Shown: piece after piece, positions 8,712 through 18,009 of the stretch
Position numbering within the stretch: the stretch's first letter is position 1
Layout of the letters: the number at the start of each line of letters is the position of its first letter
DNA from: Verrucomicrobiota bacterium
GTDB taxonomy: Bacteria > Verrucomicrobiota > Verrucomicrobiia > Opitutales > Coraliomargaritaceae
Length of the DNA stretch: 64,000 nt
Assembly: GCA_039815375.1 (NCBI GenBank)
Contig: JBCBZJ010000001.1
Location: forward strand, 256,001-320,000
Direction: 5' to 3'
Made by a program: the position numbers and the translations under genes
Notes under the pieces: generated by a model
Told to the model about the DNA's origin: nothing
The model's database searches: none
Seen by the model: only the letters and a program-made list of their open reading frames with translations

Positions 8712-11700
8712 ATGCCTAGCAAAGCGGATTCAGCTCCCACGATTCTTGACTCAAGTGCTCGTCTGGCATTGTTGCGAGTGCTTTGGCGCAGTCGTCTGGG
8801 CGATCTACGAGAACAAAACCTGATTCGTCAGGGCAAAGGCTGGTTTCATATTTCCGGAATGGGGCATGAGGCACTGGCAGCGGTTGCGCTCAGCCTTGAG
8901 GCCGACGACTACGCTTTTCCCTACTATCGGGATCGTGGTTTCTGCGTGCAGCGCGGCATTTCCGATTACGATTTGGCGCTGGCTTTTTATGCGAAGCGTG
9001 ATTCAGCAAGCGGTGGTCGTCAGCTGACAGGCCACTTTAGTGATCGGTCGCTGAATGTATGGAGTCACCCGTCTCCGGTTGGGGCTCACCTCTTGCCGGC
9101 CTGCGGTGCAGCTTGGGGCATGCAGCTCGACGGCAAATCCAATGTTGTCTATGCCTCGCTCGGTGAAGCTTCTGCACGACAGGGTGATTTTTTCGAGTCA
9201 GTTTGTTTCGCAAAGGAGCGAAATTTGCCGATCGTTTTCGTCGTCGAGGACAATCGTATCGCGATCAGCACACGCACGGATCAGACCAATCCACTTGTTC
9301 TCGGCGTGCTGGATGCGGGGGATTGGCAGCGTGTTGATGGTAGTGATGTGGAGGCGGTTGCCGTTGCCAGCCGTGAAGCGATTGCCAAGGCCCGGAGTGG
9401 GGCAGGCCCTTCGTTTATCTGGTGTGATGTGGAGCGGTTTTCGAATCATTCCAGTGCGGACGACCAGCGCATGTATCGTGATGCTGAGGAACTTGAAACC
9501 ATGCATGACCGCGACCCGATTGCCGTTTTCCAAAAGCGAATGATCGAGGACGGCCTGCTGACGATGGACGACGCAGCTGCACTAGAAGAGGAGATTCGTG
9601 AGGAAATACGCGCAGTTTATCAAGAGGCTTCCCAGGCCGAGGATCCGCGTGCTGCTGAAATTGAAGTTCATCTGACGGGCCCGCAGCAGAAACTGGCCGA
9701 GCCTCTTCAGATCGAGCTCGGTGAATCCTGCCGTATGCTCGATGCGGTCAACAAGACTTTCCACCACGCGATGGATGAGATGTCTGACGTGGTATTCTTT
9801 GGCGAAGACATTGCCGACCCAAAAGGGGGCGTTTTCAACCTCACAAAGGGGTTGTCGACAAAAGACCCATTCCGCGCAGTGAACGCTCCTTTGGCAGAGT
9901 CAACGATCATGGGTGTATCAGTTGGACTTGCCTCCTACGGGAAGCGGCCCTGTTTTGAAATTCAGTTTGTCGATTTCATCTACCCTGGCTGGAACCAGCT
10001 CGTCTCGAATATGGCGACGCTACGCTGGCGCAGTTTTGGTAATTGGAAGTGTCCACTTGTGATTTATGCCCCGTGTGGTGGCTATTTACCAGGTGGTGCT
10101 CTCTGGCACAGCCAATCCGGCGAGGCCTCGTTTGCACGCATTCCCGGTATCCGAGTAGTGATGCCTTCCACCCCGACTGATGCGGCAGGACTATTCTGGA
10201 CCGCTATGCATGGCGAAGATCCGACGATCATTCTCTTACCAAAGCATCTCATGTGGGCTGAACTGCCGGCCTCCGATACGGTTGATCCGGTGCACTTTGG
10301 TAAGGCTCGCATGGTTCAGGAAGGCGAGTTGCTGACATTGGTCACATGGGGCAACTGTGTAGAGCTGGTAGAGGAGACACTAGCCACCATGCTTGAGGCC
10401 CTCGATGTGGATCTTATCGACCTACGTTCGATAGCACCTTGGGATAAAGAGGCGATCGCCGATTCCCTTAAAAAGACCGGACGTCTGCTTATCGTTCAAG
10501 AGGATAACATTTCGGCCAGTATAGGCCAAATGATTGTGGCAGAGATGTGTTCCAGACACGCGGTTCTCTCGGCACTCAAGAGTCCGCCTGTGATTGTTTC
10601 CAAGGCTGATGTTCACGTCGGGTTCAATCCGGTCTATGAATACGCCGCGCTGCCCGACAAGGAGCGAATTACTGCTGCGTTGGATCATTTGCTTGCAACG
10701 GCATTGGAATCTAACCTGCAACCCGAACAGGTGCTCCCTGCAATATCCGCTCAACCCGAACATCCCATTCCCATGAATCAGCCCAACTCTATTCCTGACG
10801 GAGCCACCAAGACAATAGCTGTGCCGATTCTCGGGGAGGGTATTCGTGTGGCACGTATCGTTTCCATCCTCAAGAAAGCGGGTGATGTCGTAAAGGCCGA
10901 CGATGCGCTTTGCGAAGTCGAGACCGACAAAGCTGTTTTCCCGATTGAATGTGATGCGAGTGGTGTGCTTGGTGAGTGGCAGGTCAGCGAGGACGATGAA
11001 GTCACCGTCGGGCAAGGTCTGGTCGACCTTACGCTATCCGGAGCTGCGGTTGCACAGGTTGCTGCGACACCCGTTGCATCGCAGGATTATGAAACACTCA
11101 AGCGCACCGGTGGGCTTTCCCAGGAAGCTGTGAAGCAACTTCAGGGTATTGTGCCGGCCACAATCGACGTGACCTGTCGTTGGGAGACGGTTCGCGATGC
11201 ACGTCTGCGTAGTAAAGAAACGCCTGGCGGCACTTTATCGACTGCAACTATGACGGCATGGGCAGTTCTTGAGGCGATGCGGAAGCATGAACGTTTCGCC
11301 TCCGTTGTGCGTGGAGACGAGCTTGTTTACGATCCGGATCGCTTCGATCTTGGTGTTGCAGTGGCACTCCCCGGCGACCAGCTGGAAACCGCAGTAGTCA
11401 AAAACATAAGTAACCTGGACTGGGAGTCTTTTATCCCCGAGTTCAGCGATGCCCTTCGCCGGACCCGTCACGGTGAAATAGAGTCCAAGAACCGTGTTCC
11501 TTTATCTATTTCCAGTATGGGTGCCTATAATGTGCGATCAGCGATACCCATTGTTGTGCCGCCTGCCATCGCGACACTTTTCATCGGAGCACCCTATCAA
11601 CTTCCCGATCCGAAATCGAAAGACGGTGCGACGATGGAAGTCGCTTCACTGGTTCTCACTTTTGATCACCGATGGATTAATGGCGTCGGTGCAGCAGCCT

Positions 11701-11747
11701 TCCTCTCCGATGTTCGGAAGGGAATTGAGCGCTTTGACCTGGTCTAG
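8712..11747 (+). CDS. Fused 2-oxoacid dehydrogenase E1alpha-E1beta-lipoyl-E2 (probably branched-chain type)
   Basis: SGMGHEA, YYRDR, TPP motif GEAS...VVEDN, HSSADD (alpha); FGEDI, PLAESTI, EIQFVDF, WHSQS (beta); EVETDKA (lipoyl); [10 protein letters not shown] (E2). Start taken at ATG 8712. Confidence 0.9.
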   Translation: MPSKADSAPTILDSSARLALLRVLWRSRLGDLREQNLIRQGKGWFHISGMGHEALAAVALSLEADDYAFPYYRDRGFCVQRGISDYDLALAFYAKRDSASGGRQLTGHFSDRSLNVWSHPSPVGAHLLPACGAAWGMQLDGKSNVVYASLGEASARQGDFFESVCFAKERNLPIVFVVEDNRIAISTRTDQTNPLVLGVLDAGDWQRVDGSDVEAVAVASREAIAKARSGAGPSFIWCDVERFSNHSSADDQRMYRDAEELETMHDRDPIAVFQKRMIEDGLLTMDDAAALEEEIREEIRAVYQEASQAEDPRAAEIEVHLTGPQQKLAEPLQIELGESCRMLDAVNKTFHHAMDEMSDVVFFGEDIADPKGGVFNLTKGLSTKDPFRAVNAPLAESTIMGVSVGLASYGKRPCFEIQFVDFIYPGWNQLVSNMATLRWRSFGNWKCPLVIYAPCGGYLPGGALWHSQSGEASFARIPGIRVVMPSTPTDAAGLFWTAMHGEDPTIILLPKHLMWAELPASDTVDPVHFGKARMVQEGELLTLVTWGNCVELVEETLATMLEALDVDLIDLRSIAPWDKEAIADSLKKTGRLLIVQEDNISASIGQMIVAEMCSRHAVLSALKSPPVIVSKADVHVGFNPVYEYAALPDKERITAALDHLLATALESNLQPEQVLPAISAQPEHPIPMNQPNSIPDGATKTIAVPILGEGIRVARIVSILKKAGDVVKADDALCEVETDKAVFPIECDASGVLGEWQVSEDDEVTVGQGLVDLTLSGAAVAQVAATPVASQDYETLKRTGGLSQEAVKQLQGIVPATIDVTCRWETVRDARLRSKETPGGTLSTATMTAWAVLEAMRKHERFASVVRGDELVYDPDRFDLGVAVALPGDQLETAVVKNISNLDWESFIPEFSDALRRTRHGEIESKNRVPLSISSMGAYNVRSAIPIVVPPAIATLFIGAPYQLPDPKSKDGATMEVASLVLTFDHRWINGVGAAAFLSDVRKGIERFDLV

Positions 11748-12199
11748 GTCCCGAATCGATCGATATTCGTTGTCTTGGCAAAGGTGCGAATGAATGTGGC
11801 CACGATTTTAGAGAGCCCTGCAAATTGCTCCTCACTGAAATTCTGATTTTCAACCATGTCAGTGAAGCCTGGTAGATTATCGTGAAAGTCTTTTGGTTGA
11901 GCACGCTTGAATCCCATTTTGTAGTTGGGAAAATCTCGCCGTTCTATAGCCCTGCTTGACAGTAAGGTGACGCCTCGGTGCCGCGAGTCCGCTTCGATCT
12001 TGTTGTATAGTTCGACTACAGTTTCCTTGGGTCCTTCTATCACTTGAATGATATTGCCATCTGAGTGAAGTAATAGCCCTGTTATGTTCTTTACTGCATT
12101 TCTATATTGTGTGCGGGCAAGAAGCTCGAGCAGTGCTTCTTCCGTCAGCACCGCGTTTGCTGTGCTGACATACATGATTTGATGCAATCCAATCTCCAT
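11744..12199 (-). CDS. Short BLUF-domain blue-light sensor protein
   Basis: [40 protein letters not shown]. Confidence 0.92.
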   Translation of the reverse strand: MEIGLHQIMYVSTANAVLTEEALLELLARTQYRNAVKNITGLLLHSDGNIIQVIEGPKETVVELYNKIEADSRHRGVTLLSSRAIERRDFPNYKMGFKRAQPKDFHDNLPGFTDMVENQNFSEEQFAGLSKIVATFIRTFAKTTNIDRFGT

Positions 12200-12327
12200 G
12201 CGACATTCTGTTCCAGTCTTTTGCGCAAAATCGCTACTATCAATCCAAGATGAGCCAAAAGATGTAAATTTTTCGAAAAACTAGTCTGCATTTCCGAGTG
12301 GGCGTTGTATTATTTTTTGATTTTCCA

Positions 12328-13173
12328 ATGAGAAAGACTTGTCGGCATTGTTATACCCGATTCTCCGCGTCCAAAGGACATGGAGAATTCTGCTGCGCAG
12401 GCTGTGAGCACGTCTATTCCCTTATTCAAAAAGGTGGTTTGGGCGACTATTACAAAATGCAGGACCGAGTAGGGCGGCCGATTTTTGATAGTCCATTTCA
12501 GGCAGAGAATATTGTATTGGTAAAACAACTACAAGATCAGGTTGAGTCAGAGGGTGGGTATTCTAAAGTTTCATTTGGTGTGCAAGGGCTTTCCTGTATG
12601 GGTTGTGTTTGGTTGATTGAGCAGTTAGCAAAGCACCATCGTGGTGTGCGCTCAGTCAAGGTAGCGTTGAGTTCGCACCGAATCAGCTTGGCTTGGAATG
12701 CCGGAGAATTTGACTTGGCGGACTTCGCTGCTGAACTGCAGAATTTTGGCTACCGCCTCTCGCCACATCAGTCGGTAGGTCCCAATCTATCTCCTTTGAG
12801 TATTCGTTTGCTGCTGAGCCTCATTTTTTGCGCCAATGGATTGTTCCTGACCCTCATTAGTGCGCTCGGCCTTTCGGGTGAGGACTTGAGCCAGCTTTTC
12901 AGCCTGCTTATTATGGCGTGCTTCTTCTTTGGGCTGATGATTGGTGCACCTCTGTACTTTGTGCCGGCTTGGCGTGGGCTTCGGTTGCGGCGTTTTCACT
13001 CTGATTTGCTGCCATCTCTTTCGTTGCTAGGGCTCTCGCTTTGGTTTGTTGCCACACTACTGCGCCTCGGTGATTGGTGGCTCAGCGCATCCCTCTTCTT
13101 TTTAGCTCTGCCAGTTTTCGTTTTTGCGCGCTGGCTTTCCGAAATTTGGATACTACGGTTAGGTAGAAACTGA
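12328..13173 (+). CDS. FixI/CcoI-like N-terminal metal-binding + HMA + TM protein lacking the P-type ATPase core
   Basis: CRHC..FCCAGCEHVY..GLGDYY, HMA GLSCMGCVWLIE, about 4 hydrophobic helices; no TGE, CPC or DKTGT motifs. Confidence 0.8.
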   Translation: MRKTCRHCYTRFSASKGHGEFCCAGCEHVYSLIQKGGLGDYYKMQDRVGRPIFDSPFQAENIVLVKQLQDQVESEGGYSKVSFGVQGLSCMGCVWLIEQLAKHHRGVRSVKVALSSHRISLAWNAGEFDLADFAAELQNFGYRLSPHQSVGPNLSPLSIRLLLSLIFCANGLFLTLISALGLSGEDLSQLFSLLIMACFFFGLMIGAPLYFVPAWRGLRLRRFHSDLLPSLSLLGLSLWFVATLLRLGDWWLSASLFFLALPVFVFARWLSEIWILRLGRN

Positions 13174-13177
13174 ACTT

Positions 13178-13831
13178 GTGCCCAAGATATCGGGCAGGTT
13201 TAGTTTTTGGAGAATGTTGGAAGGAATTACAGCTGGTTTTATTCTGTCGCTAACCTTGTTCCCGGGGACGGTCTGGCTGGTGAAGCTGGCTGTGGTTGGT
13301 CGACCGATTCAAGTCATAGCTGCAGGTCTCGGGTTTTGGCTTGCACAGCTGATTTGGCTTATCGTTGCCATACCCGGGTTGATGATGATGAGCCGCCACC
13401 TCGCTTTCATCGATGCAGCTATGCATGTCTTTGCCTCATTCGTGATGGCTTATATGGGGATCAAATTTATCCGCACGCGCCGCGCTACGAAGCTTGATGA
13501 AGTCGCAGACTTGCCTTCCGCCTATCACCTTTTCCGTAATGCGCTTAACCGTTCGCTGGCCATGCCGATGCGTTTGCCTGCTGCGATGGCCATCCTTCTT
13601 TCGACAGGAGTTTACCTGAACCACGATCCAAGCTGGCGAGTCGTGCCTTACATACTTCTTGGGGCTCTGATTGGAGTCAGCTGGTGGTGGGGCCAGTTTA
13701 CCTTTCTTTCGGTCCTTTTTGCGAAGCGCGTGCCCCAGCATATTACCTTGAAATCGCTTAACAAAATTCGACCATTTTGCGCGGTCCTGTGCCTGGCCCT
13801 TTCCGTGATGGTCCTATTTTTGGGTCTCTGA
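13178..13831 (+). CDS. LysE-like membrane translocator (start may be ATG 13214)
   Basis: About 6 TM helices, N-terminal GFILSLTLFPG, typical length and topology. Confidence 0.6.
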   Translation: MPKISGRFSFWRMLEGITAGFILSLTLFPGTVWLVKLAVVGRPIQVIAAGLGFWLAQLIWLIVAIPGLMMMSRHLAFIDAAMHVFASFVMAYMGIKFIRTRRATKLDEVADLPSAYHLFRNALNRSLAMPMRLPAAMAILLSTGVYLNHDPSWRVVPYILLGALIGVSWWWGQFTFLSVLFAKRVPQHITLKSLNKIRPFCAVLCLALSVMVLFLGL

Positions 13832-14644
13832 GGTAATCAAGTGAACATCGCGTTGTGGGAACGGGATGGTTATTTTGGCCTGCTTGAGTGCGTGATAGAC
13901 GGCTAGGTTGAGTGCGTAGCGGTTGCGGTGGTAGGTGCTGGTTGGGACCCAAACACGATAGCCAATGTTAATCGACGAGTCGGCAAAAGCATCAATGCCG
14001 ATATCCGGAACACGCTGGGTGGCGATTCCTTCGACGGCTTGCACGGCTTCGCGAATACAACGTATTGCTTCTTCCGGGTCGGCACCGTAATCAATTCCGA
14101 CAACCCCCTCGACGACTCTACATGCGTGAGAGTTGGTAAGAATCTCTCCAAGCACGTTTCGATTCGGAATCGTAATACGCTCTTCATCTTCGCTAATCAA
14201 CTCAGTGTTTCCTAGGTTGATGCTATCGACCAAGCCGCTCTCCCCACTTACGCTCAACGTATCGCCTACCTTGAAGGGTCGGGTGATGATCAGAACGATC
14301 CCGGATCCGAAGTTCGATATGGGGCCTTGAACGGCCAAACTTATACCGAATGCACTGGCACCCAATAGCGCAATGAACGGAGTAATCTCTACACTCATTT
14401 TGCTGAGCGCGATAATCGCGGCAAAGACGATGATGAGCAGCTTCGTTGCGCCTGCGAAGAATCGTGCCAGAGTGATGTCGATCTTCTGTTTGTCGCAGAT
14501 TTTCAGAATCAAACTGGAGATTCTGTTGCCTAGCCAGTAGCCGAGCAGGGCGACGAGTAGAGCAACGACGAGTTTCATTCCGTTCGTAGCCAGATAGACG
14601 ATCAGCTGTTCTTTCAGGTTATTCAGTTGTTCAAGTTCCTCCAT
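13814..14644 (-). CDS. mscS: Small-conductance mechanosensitive channel
   Basis: ALLGASAFGISLAVQGPISNFGSG, RPFKVGD, ITIPN, VGIDY, ITIPFPQRDVH. Confidence 0.92.
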   Translation of the reverse strand: MEELEQLNNLKEQLIVYLATNGMKLVVALLVALLGYWLGNRISSLILKICDKQKIDITLARFFAGATKLLIIVFAAIIALSKMSVEITPFIALLGASAFGISLAVQGPISNFGSGIVLIITRPFKVGDTLSVSGESGLVDSINLGNTELISEDEERITIPNRNVLGEILTNSHACRVVEGVVGIDYGADPEEAIRCIREAVQAVEGIATQRVPDIGIDAFADSSINIGYRVWVPTSTYHRNRYALNLAVYHALKQAKITIPFPQRDVHLITSETQK

Positions 14645-14648
14645 AAAT

Positions 14649-15515
14649 TCAATCCTCCAATCCGGACCACCAGTCTTCGGACTGACGTAATGCTTCGGGT
14701 GAGTATTTGGCTTCTCTGAGTTCGCGCAAGCTTAGTGAACGGTGGCGCTTGGCAAGCCTCTGGCCCTCTGTATCGACCATTAATGGGGTGTGATAAAACG
14801 CGGGAGTGCTAAGTCCAAGAGCTTCGTAAAGGAGCAACTGGCGTGCCGTTGAAATGAGTAGGTCCTCGCCGCGCACCACTTCGGTAATGCCCATCTCCGC
14901 ATCATCAACCACTACCGCCAGCTCGTATGTGGGCACACCATCCTTTCGCCAGACGAGGAAGTCTCCAAAATCACGGAGACATTCAAATTCACAGGGCCCA
15001 AGGCGCCCATCATCAAAAATGACTTCTCGATCATTCGGCACTCGAAAGCGCCAGTTCGTTTTGCCCGGCTCGCTCGCATCCTGTCCAGTGCCTGGTTTTG
15101 GCCGCCATCTCTCCGGGTAGATTGATTCAGCTTCTTCGTCTTCCGCATGCGGTGCTTGCGTGGCCTGAGCCACATCCTTTCGGGACCTATCGCAGGGGTA
15201 GATGTAGCCTGCATCCTTTAGCTTTTCCCACGCATCCAAAAACAATGCTTGCCGCTCACTTTGCCGATAGGGCGCAGAGCCACCTCCGCTGTCAGGACCT
15301 TCTTCCCAGCTACAACCAAACCATTTCAGGTCTTCGATTGCAGCCTTCGCAAACTCCTCTTTGCAGCGCTGCGGGTCGAGATCTTCTTCACGGTAGATCA
15401 GAGTGCCACCAGCTTCCTTTGCTCGCTCCATGGCTATCCAGAAAGTGCGGGCATGACCGAGGTGAAGAAACCCTGTCGGTGTTGGTGCAATGCGCCCTCG
15501 ATAGCTGGAACTCAT
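14649..15515 (-). CDS. gluQ: Glutamyl-Q tRNA(Asp) synthetase
   Basis: YRGRIAPTPTGFLHLGH, LAVVVDD, VVRGEDL, RLAKR; about 290 aa with no anticodon-binding domain. Confidence 0.9.
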   Translation of the reverse strand: MSSSYRGRIAPTPTGFLHLGHARTFWIAMERAKEAGGTLIYREEDLDPQRCKEEFAKAAIEDLKWFGCSWEEGPDSGGGSAPYRQSERQALFLDAWEKLKDAGYIYPCDRSRKDVAQATQAPHAEDEEAESIYPERWRPKPGTGQDASEPGKTNWRFRVPNDREVIFDDGRLGPCEFECLRDFGDFLVWRKDGVPTYELAVVVDDAEMGITEVVRGEDLLISTARQLLLYEALGLSTPAFYHTPLMVDTEGQRLAKRHRSLSLRELREAKYSPEALRQSEDWWSGLED

Positions 15516-15872
15516 TAGGAGAAAAATAGCCCTTGTAGTTCGGGTATGGCAAGACCGCTCATTCATCTTTGATGGAAGAACTCTCATCGAGATCTATTTC
15601 TGAGTTATCTTAGACAGTCTTTTGAGGAATTGGTTAGCTGGGGAGCAGTCTTCAGGCAGGCTGTTATTCTTATGCAGCTTGTGTAGACGTTGTGCTCTAT
15701 CTGGGAGAGCGAGCACAATTGTACATCCTTGATGTCCATCTGCTTCCTTTCTCCTTGATTCCGAGTGGAATACGTGCACCTTCACGCCTTTCTCGCGAAG
15801 GGCTGACCGCAGCACTTCGCTTTTTGGACCCGGATGCGAAAGTTGGCCGGGCATTCACCCACCACACTTCGC

Positions 15873-17087
15873 ATGACATTTCCAGAGCTCGGACTCGACG
15901 AGTCCATCCTTCGATCTATTGACGAATTCGGTTTCAAAGAACCGACGCCTATTCAAGCCGGTGCGATACCGCACATTATTGCAGGAAAAGACGTGATCGG
16001 CTCGGCGCAGACCGGCACCGGTAAAACCGCCGCCTATTCTTTGCCGATACTCCATCGTCTGGGCGGGCACAAAAAGGGAGCGCCCCCTCGCTGCCTCGTG
16101 CTGGGGCCAACGCGAGAGCTGGCAGCTCAGGTAGAGGACCAGATCAAGTCCTACGGTAAATATTGTGAGCCGAAGTGCTGCCTGGTTCATGGCGGAGTCG
16201 GTTATGGCAAACAGATTCAGGAGCTCAAAGCCGGCGCAGACATCGTTATCGCGACGCCGGGGCGCCTGCTCGACCACATCCAGCAAAAGAACTTTGATCT
16301 ACGTTCGATCGAGGTGCTCGTTCTCGACGAAGTAGACCGCATGCTCGACATGGGCTTCATCGAAGATGTGAAGCGTATTATCAAACTCTGCAACCGGAAT
16401 CGCCAGACCCTCCTCTTTTCCGCTACAGTTTCAGAAGATATCAAGCGCCTCATTGCCTTTGCACTTAAAGACCCTGTCGAAGTTACCATTGGTGTAAAAC
16501 TCTCACCTGCTGAAACGGTAAAGCACGAGGTCTACCCTGTCGGAGCGATGCAGAAATTCGACCTGCTTGTTGCGCTCATTGAGAAGATGGAAATCGATAG
16601 CATGATCATCTTCTGCCGCATGAAAGTCGGTGCCGACCGAATCGACCGCTGGCTGAGCGAGCATGGCCATAGCTGCGCCGCCATGCACTCCAATTTGCCG
16701 CAGAAGGCCCGGACCAAAGCTCTCGAGAAATTCAAGAATGGTGACATTAAGATTCTCGTTGCGACTGACATTGCCTCCCGTGGACTCGACATCGCCAATG
16801 TAACCCACGTCATCAACTACGATGTTCCTGAGCATGCTGAAGACTACGTCCACCGGATCGGGCGGACCGGTCGTGCCCAGCGGGAGGGTGACGCCGCAAC
16901 CATCGTTGCCCCTGACGAGCATTCCAAGCTCGACGCCATTGAGAAGTTCATCGATCAGCAGATTCCGCAGCGTCGTCTTGAAGGATTCAACTACATCCAC
17001 GAGCCGCATATCCGCGCTTCGGAAGAAGCCAAGCCCAAGCGTCGACGTCGAAACTCATCGACCAGCAAATTCGGCCGCCGCCGTTAG
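15873..17087 (+). CDS. DEAD-box RNA helicase (RhlE-like)
   Basis: Q-motif PTPIQ, AQTGTGKT, PTRELA, TPGRL, DEVD, SAT, HRIGRTGRA, basic tail. Confidence 0.95.
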   Translation: MTFPELGLDESILRSIDEFGFKEPTPIQAGAIPHIIAGKDVIGSAQTGTGKTAAYSLPILHRLGGHKKGAPPRCLVLGPTRELAAQVEDQIKSYGKYCEPKCCLVHGGVGYGKQIQELKAGADIVIATPGRLLDHIQQKNFDLRSIEVLVLDEVDRMLDMGFIEDVKRIIKLCNRNRQTLLFSATVSEDIKRLIAFALKDPVEVTIGVKLSPAETVKHEVYPVGAMQKFDLLVALIEKMEIDSMIIFCRMKVGADRIDRWLSEHGHSCAAMHSNLPQKARTKALEKFKNGDIKILVATDIASRGLDIANVTHVINYDVPEHAEDYVHRIGRTGRAQREGDAATIVAPDEHSKLDAIEKFIDQQIPQRRLEGFNYIHEPHIRASEEAKPKRRRRNSSTSKFGRRR

Positions 17088-17185
17088 ATCCAGTAGCGTG
17101 TTCGCTTGCCGGACACTTTTTTGGAGTAGCTTCACTGCAACTGCGCTCGACAAGCAAGCGCACTACGTTTTCATCTGATTAACAG

Positions 17186-17932
17186 ATGAATTTAATTCTG
17201 TTTAAGAAGCCCTTCGAGCAGGTTCGCCTTGAGCCCGGCGACCCGAAAGGCCTCCACATTCGAAAAGTCCTTCGGGCAAAGATCGGCACTAAGGTCTTTG
17301 TCGGATTCGTTAACTCCCTCCGTGCCAGAACTGAAGTCAATTTGTTGGACGATGATGGCAGTGTCGAACTGACAGTTGTCGACACCGAATCCGCCCCGAA
17401 TCCGCTGCCTATTCAACTTCTTATCGGCTTGCCCCGTCCGCATACGGCAAAGCGTATCCTCTTCGAAATGGCGAGTATGGGAGTTCAGGCGCTGCACTTT
17501 TTCGAGGCGGAACACAGCGAGCCCAGCTACGCACAGAGTAGCCTGTGGACGACTGATGAGTGGAAAGAGCGTCTATGGCTGGGAGCGGAGCAATCCTTCG
17601 GTACACATCTTCCCGAAGTCGCGATGCATGCTGATTTACAATCTGCACTGAGTCACCTCGGGACTTCTGGTGCACGAGTCGCTCTGGACAACTATGAAGC
17701 TAAAGGTCCGCTGAGCGATTTGATTCCCGCTGAAGAGGCATCTGCCATTCTGGCTCTCGGGCCTGAGCGCGGCTGGTCGCCGAACGAACGCGACGTTTTT
17801 CGCAAGAATGGTTGGTCGTTGGCCCACCTTGGTCCTTATGTTCTACGAGCTGAAACTGCCTGCACTGCGGCTGTAGCGGCTACTGCCTCGTGCATTGGTT
17901 CTTGGACTGAGCCAACAAGGACAGTGCTTTAG
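17186..17932 (+). CDS. rsmE: 16S rRNA (uracil-1498-N3)-methyltransferase
   Basis: HIRKVLR, AEQS, LGPERGWS, LGPYVLRAETA. Confidence 0.9.
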   Translation: MNLILFKKPFEQVRLEPGDPKGLHIRKVLRAKIGTKVFVGFVNSLRARTEVNLLDDDGSVELTVVDTESAPNPLPIQLLIGLPRPHTAKRILFEMASMGVQALHFFEAEHSEPSYAQSSLWTTDEWKERLWLGAEQSFGTHLPEVAMHADLQSALSHLGTSGARVALDNYEAKGPLSDLIPAEEASAILALGPERGWSPNERDVFRKNGWSLAHLGPYVLRAETACTAAVAATASCIGSWTEPTRTVL

Positions 17933-18009
17933 GCGAACAGGTAAGATAGGGCGTCGAACAAAACCTTATTTCGGTTACCTTTGTCGGCAGTATGGACCGA
18001 ATCGATTAT

